A stretch of DNA of 64,000 bases, from assembly GCA_035353995.1 (NCBI GenBank), contig DAOQAL010000001.1, forward strand, positions 70,867 through 134,866, given 5' to 3'. Source of the stretch: Minisyncoccota bacterium. GTDB taxonomy: Bacteria > Patescibacteriota > Minisyncoccia > Phycocordibacterales > UBA9973. A program made the position numbers and the translations under genes. The notes below the pieces were generated by a model. It did not search any database, was not told the DNA's origin, and worked only from the letters and a program-made list of their open reading frames with translations. Shown here piece by piece: positions 7,328-16,944 of the stretch (position 1 is its first letter; every line of letters starts with the position of its first letter).

Positions 7328-9796
7328 ATGAGAAAAACTTTTTCCAAAATAGTTTGCTCGATTGTAATGATAAGTATTATCATGATGTCTTTTGCGGGCA
7401 TTGAACCAAAAAAAGCTAAAGCTGAATCTATTGAAAATTATATTTCAAAATTATCTCCTATGATTGCTGAACTTCCAGGATGTTCGGATAAAATTTCTGG
7501 TTCTATATCTGGTCTTTTTTCAAAAGTAAAAGATATGGTAAATGGTAAAGAAAAAAACGATAAAACCGAACAAAGTGTTGAAGACCAAGTTAAATTTAAC
7601 GCAGGTGATTATGTTCCTGTTGTTGATGAAGAGAGTGTAGAAATGCTTAAAGACGTTAAAAAAACAACAGAAAGTACAGAAAAAAAGGTTTCTAGTTTGG
7701 AGACTAATAATACCTGTTTAAATGCAATAGGGAAAGCGGTAGCAAAAATTTTAGTTCAAGATATAACAGAAAGTGTTGTTAATTGGATCCAAACTGGAGA
7801 TTTTGGTGATCCATTGTTTATTCAAAATCCAAGTCAATATTTTGAAGATATAGCAAAAAATGAAATATTGGGTTTTGGTCAGGAGATAAGTGACCCAACA
7901 CTATATCCTTTTGGAAAAGCATTTATGCAAATTAAGGCAAATTCTTTTAAAAACAAATTCGCAAATAATGCAAAATATAGTTTAAATACATTAATGGAAG
8001 ATAGATATCCAGGGTTTACTTCAGAAAATTTTTATGCCGATTTTTCACAAGGAGGATGGGGAGCCTGGAATGCAATGGTTCAAAATCCTGCTAATAACCC
8101 ATTGGGTTTCGCTTTAATGGCTTCGGAAGAACTAGAAAAGAGAATTGAAGAAAAAACAAGTTTAGCAAAAGATTCTCTTCAGCAATCAGGTGGGTATTTA
8201 GGAGTTGAAAGATGCGCTAACCCAGAAGGAGTTTCAAAAGAAGAAGATGATAATTATAGAAATGGGGTAGAAGGAGCTCGTAAGTGTAAGAGCTGGGAGA
8301 CTGTTACACCAGGAAGATTAATTGGGGATGAATTAACAAATACATTCATGAAAAAAGATAATGCTTTAATGGATGTAGAAACGTTAAACGATGCTGTTGC
8401 TGCAATACTAGATGCAGTTTTGGATAAATTTGTAAGTTCTTTCCAAGAAGAAGGATTGGCAGATCTAAATATTGATAGTTATTACGAAACATATGACTTT
8501 GAAGGATTTGGCAGTTCTCAAAGTGACCAAGATTATACAGATGCACAAATAAATGCAAGCACATGGCTTAAACAACATCCAGATTTTGATATAAGAACAG
8601 ATTTAAACCAAGCTTTAATAGACGAGCAAAGAATATATTCTGATAAATTAGAAACTCAAAATAAAGAATTATATTCTACAGTAGAAAAATCTACTGAAAA
8701 TCCACTAGGAAATTATGGATTGGTTCCAACAATTTACCAATTAGACTATTGTATACCGGGCCCTCATACTGGCTGGAAGGAGGATACACAAGCAAGTCTT
8801 GAAACGATACAAGAAGAAATGGCAAATAAAAAATTTATAGATTACGAAGATGAATCATGGTTTGAAATTCTTAACTTAATTACACTTGGAGGTGCAAGTA
8901 TGGTAGCAGGGTATATTAATGATTATGCTTTTAAATGCGATGGCAGTACAGGCAGACAAGCAGCTCTTACATATATGAATCAATTTAATATTATGACTAC
9001 TGGTGGAGACAAATACTGGATTAAAAACAAGCAAAGTTCAAATCTTCCATTCTGTACTGTAAATGGTTTTATATCAGCAACTGACAAGGTTGAATCTGAT
9101 TATGAAAAATTAGTAGATACTTTTTATGCTACAAAATTTTTGCCTAGTGTAAGTAGTGAAGCTGAAACTTTATTTGAAAAAATTTCTGGTTATCATCAAA
9201 TAATGGAAGATAATAAATATACAATAGATACCTTAGCTGGGACGATAAGAAGATTAGAACAAATAAAAAAAGAAGTTGATGATATAAATAGCAAACTTGC
9301 TTCTGGAGAAATGGACCAAGACACATATAATGAAAATCTAAAAGTCTGGAAGGGCACTTTTGCAAGACTATCTTCTGGATTATATTCTGGGGACGATATA
9401 GCTAAAGCCGATAATGCAACAAAAGAAATAATAGATGAAAAAGATCATGTATATAACGACTTAATAAAGAGTGCAACTGGTTGCGAGCAAGAGGTAAAAC
9501 AAAATTTTCCTTCAGCTTATTCTTGGGAAATTTATTCTTCTTATAGACCAGATTATACAAAACCACACTTGTATGACTATCCAGACAGATTAGCCTCAGC
9601 TGGTGTTCCTATATCTAAAACAACAAAAGAAAAATCATTCGCACCGAATGTTGTAATTATGGATAGCGCAAGCACTACGTGCCCTACTAGCTATGCTATT
9701 GGCTGTATAGATATTACTGGTTTTGTGCAAACAAAAGATCCACATAAGGCTGAGAATGCAGGATATTATTGGGAACAAGCATTAGGAATATATTAA
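7328..9796 (+). CDS. Large secreted/membrane hypothetical protein of the T4SS-like locus
   Basis: 822-aa ORF, signal peptide ending KAKA, largely helical, several Cys. Confidence 0.75.
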   Translation: MRKTFSKIVCSIVMISIIMMSFAGIEPKKAKAESIENYISKLSPMIAELPGCSDKISGSISGLFSKVKDMVNGKEKNDKTEQSVEDQVKFNAGDYVPVVDEESVEMLKDVKKTTESTEKKVSSLETNNTCLNAIGKAVAKILVQDITESVVNWIQTGDFGDPLFIQNPSQYFEDIAKNEILGFGQEISDPTLYPFGKAFMQIKANSFKNKFANNAKYSLNTLMEDRYPGFTSENFYADFSQGGWGAWNAMVQNPANNPLGFALMASEELEKRIEEKTSLAKDSLQQSGGYLGVERCANPEGVSKEEDDNYRNGVEGARKCKSWETVTPGRLIGDELTNTFMKKDNALMDVETLNDAVAAILDAVLDKFVSSFQEEGLADLNIDSYYETYDFEGFGSSQSDQDYTDAQINASTWLKQHPDFDIRTDLNQALIDEQRIYSDKLETQNKELYSTVEKSTENPLGNYGLVPTIYQLDYCIPGPHTGWKEDTQASLETIQEEMANKKFIDYEDESWFEILNLITLGGASMVAGYINDYAFKCDGSTGRQAALTYMNQFNIMTTGGDKYWIKNKQSSNLPFCTVNGFISATDKVESDYEKLVDTFYATKFLPSVSSEAETLFEKISGYHQIMEDNKYTIDTLAGTIRRLEQIKKEVDDINSKLASGEMDQDTYNENLKVWKGTFARLSSGLYSGDDIAKADNATKEIIDEKDHVYNDLIKSATGCEQEVKQNFPSAYSWEIYSSYRPDYTKPHLYDYPDRLASAGVPISKTTKEKSFAPNVVIMDSASTTCPTSYAIGCIDITGFVQTKDPHKAENAGYYWEQALGIY

Positions 9797-9797
9797 A

Positions 9798-12200
9798 ATG
9801 AAAAAAACAAATCAAAAAATAAAAAAAATTATTTATAAATATTTAATCTTGTGTTTAGTTTTTGTTTTTGCTTTTTCTATTGCAGAAAACTCTTTTGCTT
9901 ATCCAACAGTTAATATAACTGCAAACCCTGATTCAGTTGTATATGAAGGAATATCAACTGTCACTTGGTCATCATCAGAAACTGATTATTGCATTTGGAG
10001 TGATGGCACAACAGCTAAAACTTCTGGTTCTTTTGTTACAGGTCCACTTAAATTTAATAATAATTATTATTCTCTTACATGTAAAAAAGGAAATTCATGT
10101 GTTGCATATTCTCCTGATAAAATTTTATATACATCTAAAAATGGCACAAGCTTGGGATTGGCAAAGAATTTTTGTTATTCAAAAACAACAGATGGAAAAG
10201 AAACATGCGAGTCAGCACAAGCAAGTTATGGATCGGATTTGGTAGAGAATGTTTGTTATTGGGGCAATACAGAAGCATCCAATTCAGTAATAATAACAAC
10301 AAGTCCAAAACAAACATCTGGTGGATCTATAACCAATACTTTAACAGGTGGTGCATCTGGTATAGAGGATACAAAAGCAACATTAAGTGGATCTTTAAAT
10401 CCTGGAGGTAATACATCTATCTCTGGGTATTTTAGATATTCTGCTGTAACACCACAAGACATAACACCTGTCTTTTGTAATGATATATACGGTTCAAATA
10501 TGAGATCAACAAAAGAAATAAATTTAAACGGAGCAGATAGTTCAACAACTTTTACAACCACTATTTCTGGTTTGGAAGAAAATACAACATACTACTACTG
10601 TGCTGTTGGTTCTGGCTATAATGAAATAACATATGGTGGAGTAAGATCATTCACAACAGGACTTTCTTCTTCATCATTCTCAGTAACAACAAATGATGCA
10701 CTAGTCGTAAATGATACATCTGCATATTTAAACGGATATTACAATACGGTTGTTTCTGCAAATACATATTTTGAGTACAGAAAAAAGTTTCAGGCAGTCC
10801 CTAATACATCAAATGCTTCTATTTCTAAAAACACTTCGTCAAGATTCTTAGGATATGTTAAAAATACTTTTAATAAATTATTACAAACAGATAAAGTGCT
10901 AGCTTCAACAAGTGACACTAAATTTTCGGACTGGATAAGAGTTGGAGACCAAAGTCACAACAGAAGCACTTATGGGAAAATGAGCACATTAGTAAGCGGA
11001 CTTTCTCCAAGCTCAACTTATCAATTTAGAGCTGTAATAGAAACAAGCAGTTCATCATCTACTTCCCAAATAAAATATGGAAATCTTTTATCTTTCACAA
11101 CAGCGAGCTCAGATACAACAACACCTGGCGATGTTCCTGGAGGAGAAGAATATAATGACCCATGTGCATCAATAGCAGACAGTGTTGATATAAATTGTAA
11201 TGGTACAGGAGGAGATGAAGAAAATGGGAAAATAACAGGATCTGGTATTGATCTTACTGTTGGTACAGTGACCCCAACAAATGTAACAAAAAATACATTA
11301 ACTCCATTTTATGCTTACGTAAAAAATCAAGGAGGGACATCAACTGGAAAAAATTTCTATGGTTTTTTCCAAATTTCAACTTACGATAGAACACCAGCTG
11401 ACACAGGAAGTAATAATAATATTAAAAATAAAAATCAAACAACACCAGCAAATTCTGCAGGAACACCAGTAAGTAAAATAGAAAAATTGTTAACAATAAA
11501 TAAAGCATTTGCCACATCAGGCAATTCCAATCCTGCAAATAATGCAACAGCAGTCAGCACGACTGTTACAGATGGTTCTCTAATAAATCTTCCAGCTGTT
11601 TCTATATCTACCTTGGGAGCAAAAAAATCAGTAAAAATATCAAGCTCATATGCTTTTGGTTCTTCTGGTACATATTATATGAGAGCTTGTGCTGATAAAA
11701 AAGACAATAAGGATATAGGATTGATAAAAGAATCGTATGAAAATAATAATTGTGGATCTTGGACAAAAATTATTGTTAAATCAGGTGGTGGAGGAAATAA
11801 TAATAGTAATGACGATACAGGCAGTCTTAGTCTTGGACAAATTGCTACACCTCCATCTGACGCAATCGTACGATACCATGAAGGAATTGAGCATGTATTT
11901 GCAAGACAAATAATTAATAATATAGAAATGGCAGAAGCTTATGGATATAAAGAAGGAGATAGTTTAGAAAAATTTGCCTGGAATTTTGCGGACTTACTTG
12001 CAAAAGATTTTGGTTATGTAGCACAAAATAGAAAAGAGATAAGGGTAAGTTTGCCAGATATTGCAGCATACCAGTTAAGAATGGAAGCAAGCGGACTAAC
12101 AGTATATGAATACTTTGATTCAAAAATTGTAAATATTCAAACGACAACAATGTCGTTGCGAGGTATTTATGATTATGAATATTATTTCAATAAAAGATAG
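9798..12200 (+). CDS. Large secreted protein with Ig/FN3-like repeats and a CARDB-like domain
   Basis: Signal peptide; GLEENTTYYYCA and GLSPSSTYQFRA (FN3-like); DLTVG...VKNQG...GTYYMRACAD...ESYENNN (CARDB-like). Confidence 0.8.
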   Translation: MKKTNQKIKKIIYKYLILCLVFVFAFSIAENSFAYPTVNITANPDSVVYEGISTVTWSSSETDYCIWSDGTTAKTSGSFVTGPLKFNNNYYSLTCKKGNSCVAYSPDKILYTSKNGTSLGLAKNFCYSKTTDGKETCESAQASYGSDLVENVCYWGNTEASNSVIITTSPKQTSGGSITNTLTGGASGIEDTKATLSGSLNPGGNTSISGYFRYSAVTPQDITPVFCNDIYGSNMRSTKEINLNGADSSTTFTTTISGLEENTTYYYCAVGSGYNEITYGGVRSFTTGLSSSSFSVTTNDALVVNDTSAYLNGYYNTVVSANTYFEYRKKFQAVPNTSNASISKNTSSRFLGYVKNTFNKLLQTDKVLASTSDTKFSDWIRVGDQSHNRSTYGKMSTLVSGLSPSSTYQFRAVIETSSSSSTSQIKYGNLLSFTTASSDTTTPGDVPGGEEYNDPCASIADSVDINCNGTGGDEENGKITGSGIDLTVGTVTPTNVTKNTLTPFYAYVKNQGGTSTGKNFYGFFQISTYDRTPADTGSNNNIKNKNQTTPANSAGTPVSKIEKLLTINKAFATSGNSNPANNATAVSTTVTDGSLINLPAVSISTLGAKKSVKISSSYAFGSSGTYYMRACADKKDNKDIGLIKESYENNNCGSWTKIIVKSGGGGNNNSNDDTGSLSLGQIATPPSDAIVRYHEGIEHVFARQIINNIEMAEAYGYKEGDSLEKFAWNFADLLAKDFGYVAQNRKEIRVSLPDIAAYQLRMEASGLTVYEYFDSKIVNIQTTTMSLRGIYDYEYYFNKR

Positions 12201-12227
12201 ATTTGAGATCGGTTTTAAAATTGAAGA

Positions 12228-14618
12228 ATGGAAATAATTAGAAAAAATAATTTAATAAAGAAAATATTAATACCATTTATTGCTTTGGCTATTTTCTTGA
12301 TGCCTATTAGCCCAAGTTTGAAAATCAATAATGGACATCTGGCAACAAAAATTACTGTAAATAGAGCTTATGCTGAGAGTATAGAAACTGCCACAAAAGA
12401 AATAGGAGAGACGAGTGCAAGTTTTAAAATAATTCTTTTAAACACAATAAATTTATCGGTATATAATACCCCATATAATGTAATAATAACTCTTTATCAG
12501 GGGAAAAGTGACGGAACAACTGAAAAAAATTATATAGAGACACAAAATTTTCCTTTTGAAGTTAACACTGAAAGACAAGAATTTGACGCAGTGTTTAAAA
12601 AACTAAACCCTGGTACTAGTTACTATTTTACAGCTACAGTATATCATACTATATCGGGTGACTCATCAATAAAAATTAGAGATTTTGATACCACGGGGAA
12701 TGGAGGTAGTGGCTTAAGCACTCAAAAAGATGCCTCCGAACTTGTAAATATTGATAATCAAGAATTGAACTTGGAATGTACTATTTGGGATGGCTGGGAA
12801 GGCATAGGAGGTTGCATAGCTAATTTATTTTATATGGTTTGGCAAGTTTCTGAATGGATTGCTAATTTAGCAGGTGGTTTTCTTGATTTTTTTGTTTACT
12901 ATTCAACAAATAGCAGTTCTTACGTTAGTGGTTTTATAACAGAGGGCTGGGGAGCAATACGAGATATTGCTAATATTTTCTTTATTGTTGCTTTATTGTA
13001 TGTTGCTATAAAAACAATATTAAGTTTAGGGGGGCAAGACACAAAAAAATTGATTGGATATATCGTTATTATGGCATTACTTATTAATTTCAGTTTATTT
13101 TTCACACGAGTAATTGTTGATGGATCAAATATTCTGGCGAAGGTATTTTACAACAATATAACACCAAAGAATAAAGACGGAAAAGTAATAACAGGAGATG
13201 AAGGAGAAAAATCTATTACAGTTGGATTAGTTGATAAATTTAATCCAGCAAGTCTTGTAACAAATTCGGTTTATCAAAGTGAAGGTATGACTCTAGGAAA
13301 GTTTATTTTTATAGTTCTCTTACTTACAGCAATTACTCTTTCTATGGCATATATGTTCTTTACGGTTGCAATTGTTTTTGTAAGCAGAACTGTAATGCTG
13401 TGGATTTCTATGATTTTTTCTCCGATTGCTTTTGCATCATACACCTTGCCTTTTAACATACCCGGAATGGGTCATAAGGATTGGTGGGATCAACTATTAA
13501 AAAATGCATTCCTAGCTCCAATTTTTGTATTTTTCTTATATATAATAGTGATGTTTACCAATTTCTTAAAAGAAATTACTTATGATCCAACCAATGATTC
13601 TTTTTTGGGAAGTTTAATGCATATAGTAATTCCTTTTATAATTCTCTTTATGTTGCTGATGAAGGCCAAAGAGATGGCAGTAAAATTATCTGGAGAAATG
13701 GGTAAGGCAATTACAAAAGGAGCCACTATGTTAGGAGGTGTTGCATTAGGCGCAGCTGCTGGCAGTGCAGCTTTTGCAATGCGTGGCACTTTGGGAAGAG
13801 TCGGAAATGCTCTTGGTAATGCGGAGTGGACTAAAAAAACTGGCAAATTTGGAAGAGGTATGCAAAACATTGGACACTCATTAGGTAAAGGAAGTTTTGA
13901 TGTAAGAGGAATAAAGGTTGCTGGAAAGAGCTTGGCAAGCACTGGTATTCCAGTTGGAACAACAAGTGGGACTGGAGGGTATGAAAAGATACGTGCCGAC
14001 AAGATAGAAAAGAGACAAAAGAGAGCAAAAGAACTTGAGGTTGGAGAAAATAGCGGAATGAAACAAGAACTAAACAAAACCGAAGCAGACCTACAGGGTC
14101 TCTTGGTCACGAACGCAAAAGAAATCGAAGATATCGACAAATTAATTGACAAGAAGAAACAAGAAGCCGCTGATGCAGAGAGGAAAATGAAAGGTCTTCC
14201 ACCTGGACAGGAACACGAAGATGCTCAAGCAGCCTTAAGAGCAGCAAACGATGAGGTACAAAATGCTAAAGACAGAAAAAAGAACTTCCGAGAAGGAAGA
14301 GCTCATACGGATCTCGATGGCACAGTACATGACTACGAGACATCAGCAGTCTTAAAAGACAAGAATGGAAATACTATACATAAAAAAGACGCAAATGGGA
14401 ACATAGAGTTGGACGCAAACGGAAGACCAATAGCTATGGGTATTGATGTGCTGGAAAAGCAACAAAAGACACAAGCACAGGGCATCAAGACCGAAAACGT
14501 AATAAGGAGAACCAAATATGCTAAGGCTAAAGGACACTGGTATAATGGTAAAGGAAGTAGAGAAGCAGCTCATAAGATAATAATGGAGACAAAATTAGAT
14601 AGTGGTACTAAAACATAA
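12228..14618 (+). CDS. VirB6/TrbL-like polytopic membrane protein with an N-terminal FN3-like domain and a coiled-coil tail
   Basis: GWGAIRDIANIFF, ALLINFSLFFTRVIVDGSNILA, multiple TMs, WWDQLL, Gly/Ala-rich segment; lies next to PrgI/VirB4. Confidence 0.75.
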   Translation: MEIIRKNNLIKKILIPFIALAIFLMPISPSLKINNGHLATKITVNRAYAESIETATKEIGETSASFKIILLNTINLSVYNTPYNVIITLYQGKSDGTTEKNYIETQNFPFEVNTERQEFDAVFKKLNPGTSYYFTATVYHTISGDSSIKIRDFDTTGNGGSGLSTQKDASELVNIDNQELNLECTIWDGWEGIGGCIANLFYMVWQVSEWIANLAGGFLDFFVYYSTNSSSYVSGFITEGWGAIRDIANIFFIVALLYVAIKTILSLGGQDTKKLIGYIVIMALLINFSLFFTRVIVDGSNILAKVFYNNITPKNKDGKVITGDEGEKSITVGLVDKFNPASLVTNSVYQSEGMTLGKFIFIVLLLTAITLSMAYMFFTVAIVFVSRTVMLWISMIFSPIAFASYTLPFNIPGMGHKDWWDQLLKNAFLAPIFVFFLYIIVMFTNFLKEITYDPTNDSFLGSLMHIVIPFIILFMLLMKAKEMAVKLSGEMGKAITKGATMLGGVALGAAAGSAAFAMRGTLGRVGNALGNAEWTKKTGKFGRGMQNIGHSLGKGSFDVRGIKVAGKSLASTGIPVGTTSGTGGYEKIRADKIEKRQKRAKELEVGENSGMKQELNKTEADLQGLLVTNAKEIEDIDKLIDKKKQEAADAERKMKGLPPGQEHEDAQAALRAANDEVQNAKDRKKNFREGRAHTDLDGTVHDYETSAVLKDKNGNTIHKKDANGNIELDANGRPIAMGIDVLEKQQKTQAQGIKTENVIRRTKYAKAKGHWYNGKGSREAAHKIIMETKLDSGTKT

Positions 14619-14620
14619 AT

Positions 14621-15118
14621 ATGACCGAGAAATTAAAACAGACAATTAAAGAACAAATGGTAATTATGCCTAAGGAATCACAAGAAGTGGTAAATAATTT
14701 TGATTGGGTAAAAATTTCCGAGGAAATTGGCAAAAAATATCTATTAAGTGAAGAAGAAATTAATATTTTACAAGCGGAGATAGCAACAGTACTGGTATGT
14801 GCCGAAGATCAAGATTATCTTACTCAAGATATAGAAAACGAGGTTGGTACAAGCAAGACTGAAGCAGAAAAAATAGCAAGTGAAGTTTTAGAAAAAATTT
14901 TTAAGCCACTAATTGAGAATTTATCTAAAAAAATAAAATTGGAATTAAAAGATCGTCCGATTAATTGGCAACAAAATTTAGATTTTATTCTTTCGGGGGG
15001 AGACTATACTGCTTTTATAAGAAAACCAATAAAAGAAGAAGACAATGTTGCTCCACAAGGAAATACTTTTTCAAACTATTCTGATTTAGATGATTTAAAA
15101 AGTAAATTTACAATATAG
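14621..15118 (+). CDS. Cytoplasmic helical hypothetical protein (paralog of the next gene)
   Basis: MPKESQEVVNNFDW aligns with LPKETLKAINSVDW of 15135..15848. Confidence 0.75.
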   Translation: MTEKLKQTIKEQMVIMPKESQEVVNNFDWVKISEEIGKKYLLSEEEINILQAEIATVLVCAEDQDYLTQDIENEVGTSKTEAEKIASEVLEKIFKPLIENLSKKIKLELKDRPINWQQNLDFILSGGDYTAFIRKPIKEEDNVAPQGNTFSNYSDLDDLKSKFTI

Positions 15119-15134
15119 TGTATAATAAAATTAT

Positions 15135-15848
15135 ATGGATAAACCGATAGATTTATTACAAATAAAAATAGAGAGAGCTAAAGAGTCTTTACCAAAAGAA
15201 ACATTAAAGGCTATTAATTCTGTCGACTGGAGGGCTTTCATTCTTGCCCTACGAGAAAAAAAGGGGTACAGCTTTGAACAATTAGAGGATTTAGAGATTG
15301 AAACAGAACTTTTACTTTGTGGTCTTTTATCAATTGAAAATTATCCAAAAGAAATAGAGGAAAGATTAAAAATTCCAAAACCACAAGTTGATTTATTAAT
15401 TAATGAAATGAATGAATCAGTATTTAAAAAAATTAGAGAAGAATTAATAAAAAATACAGAAAAAGAAGAATTGTTTGTTAGAAAAGAAGAAAAAATAGAA
15501 CAAAAACAAGTAATACAAACAGGAATAGATCCAACAATAAATAAAAGCGAGTCGAATATACTAAATAAAGCGGGAATAAGTATAATTGAAAGAGCAGAAG
15601 AGATTGCCCCACCTTCTAATACAGAAGTAAAAAAGGAAAACCCAATCGAAAAGCCAGTAGAAAAGCCAGTGGAATCAATTCCGTCTCAAAAATTGGCTGG
15701 TTCATTTCAAATTCCAATGACAAAAACTGAATATTCATTAAACAATAAACAGAATGTACAAAAAAATTTAACAGCAGAAAAAGAACAAACAGAAAAAATA
15801 AAACTTTCTAAAATAGATCCATACAGATTAGACCCAAATGCTGAATAA
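15135..15848 (+). CDS. Cytoplasmic hypothetical protein with a C-terminal DPYR motif
   Basis: Helical N-domain, low-complexity linker, ends KIDPYRLDPNAE. Confidence 0.75.
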   Translation: MDKPIDLLQIKIERAKESLPKETLKAINSVDWRAFILALREKKGYSFEQLEDLEIETELLLCGLLSIENYPKEIEERLKIPKPQVDLLINEMNESVFKKIREELIKNTEKEELFVRKEEKIEQKQVIQTGIDPTINKSESNILNKAGISIIERAEEIAPPSNTEVKKENPIEKPVEKPVESIPSQKLAGSFQIPMTKTEYSLNNKQNVQKNLTAEKEQTEKIKLSKIDPYRLDPNAE

Positions 15849-15878
15849 AAAAGGAAAGATAAAATAAAAATCAAAAAA

Positions 15879-16301
15879 ATGCAATTTAAGGTACCACAAT
15901 TTTTAGATATAGAAGATAAAATTTTTGGACCATTTACTTTCAGCCAATTTGTATATTTGGCTGGTGGAGCAGGGTTATGTTTTGTGCTATATAAATTATT
16001 AGGTTTTTTACTTGGTTTTATTCCAATACTAGCAGTTGCAGCATTTGCAGTAGCATTAACTTTTTACAAACCAAATGGCAAACCTTTCATAAATACAATA
16101 GAAGCTGGACTAAAATACATGACACAAAATAAATTATATATATGGAAAAGAAGAAAACAAAAAATCACTACAACAAATACAACAGAAACACAAAAGAAAG
16201 ATGATATCATAAACAATAGAAATACAAGATTAACAAATAGTAAGTTACAAGATTTAGCATGGAGTCTCGATGTATTAGATTCCAAAAAAGAAGATAAATA
16301 A
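15879..16301 (+). CDS. PrgI family protein (VirB3-like)
   Basis: MQFKVPQFLDIEDKIFGPFTFSQF, two TMs, KPNGKPF. Confidence 0.85.
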   Translation: MQFKVPQFLDIEDKIFGPFTFSQFVYLAGGAGLCFVLYKLLGFLLGFIPILAVAAFAVALTFYKPNGKPFINTIEAGLKYMTQNKLYIWKRRKQKITTTNTTETQKKDDIINNRNTRLTNSKLQDLAWSLDVLDSKKEDK

Positions 16302-16302
16302 A

Positions 16303-16938
16303 ATGGCATTAAAAGCAAAAGCAACTCAAGACTTTGTTCCGATAAAAGAGGTTCGAGATGGAATCATCATTTTAAAAGATGGTGGGTTGAGAGCTATCAT
16401 ATTAGCGAACTCTGTAAACCTTTCACTAAAATCAGCAGAAGAACAAAGAGCAACAATTATGCAATTTCAAAATTTTTTAAATACACTCGATTTTCCAATA
16501 CAAATTTCTGTTCAATCAAGAAGACTTGATATAAGACCTTATCTTTTATTGTTGGAAAATAGAATAAAAGTCCAAAATGAACCATTGTTAAAATTACAAA
16601 CAAAAGAATATATGGGGTTTATAAAAGATTTTACCGATTCTGTAAATATTATGACAAAAACATTTTTTATAGTAGTACCATATACACAAACTACAATAAG
16701 GGCTGATTCTGGTATATTTAAAGGATTATTCCAAACAAAAAATAAAGAAATGATAAAAAAAGAAGCCGAAATTGATTTCGAAGAAAAAAGATCACAATTG
16801 GAACAAAGAGTCAGTGTTATAGAGCAAGGTCTTTCACGTTGTGGCGTTAAGGCAGTACAATTAGAAACAGATCAAGTTGTAGAAGCATTTTATAAAGTAT
16901 TTAATCCAGGAGAACTTGAGGGAAAAATAGAAATTTAG
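16303..16938 (+). CDS. TraC/VirB4 N-terminal-like protein
   Basis: IKEVRDGIIILKDG, NLSLKSAEEQ, FLNTLDFPIQI; sits between PrgI and VirB4. Confidence 0.75.
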   Translation: MALKAKATQDFVPIKEVRDGIIILKDGGLRAIILANSVNLSLKSAEEQRATIMQFQNFLNTLDFPIQISVQSRRLDIRPYLLLLENRIKVQNEPLLKLQTKEYMGFIKDFTDSVNIMTKTFFIVVPYTQTTIRADSGIFKGLFQTKNKEMIKKEAEIDFEEKRSQLEQRVSVIEQGLSRCGVKAVQLETDQVVEAFYKVFNPGELEGKIEI

Positions 16939-16944
16939 AAGATT

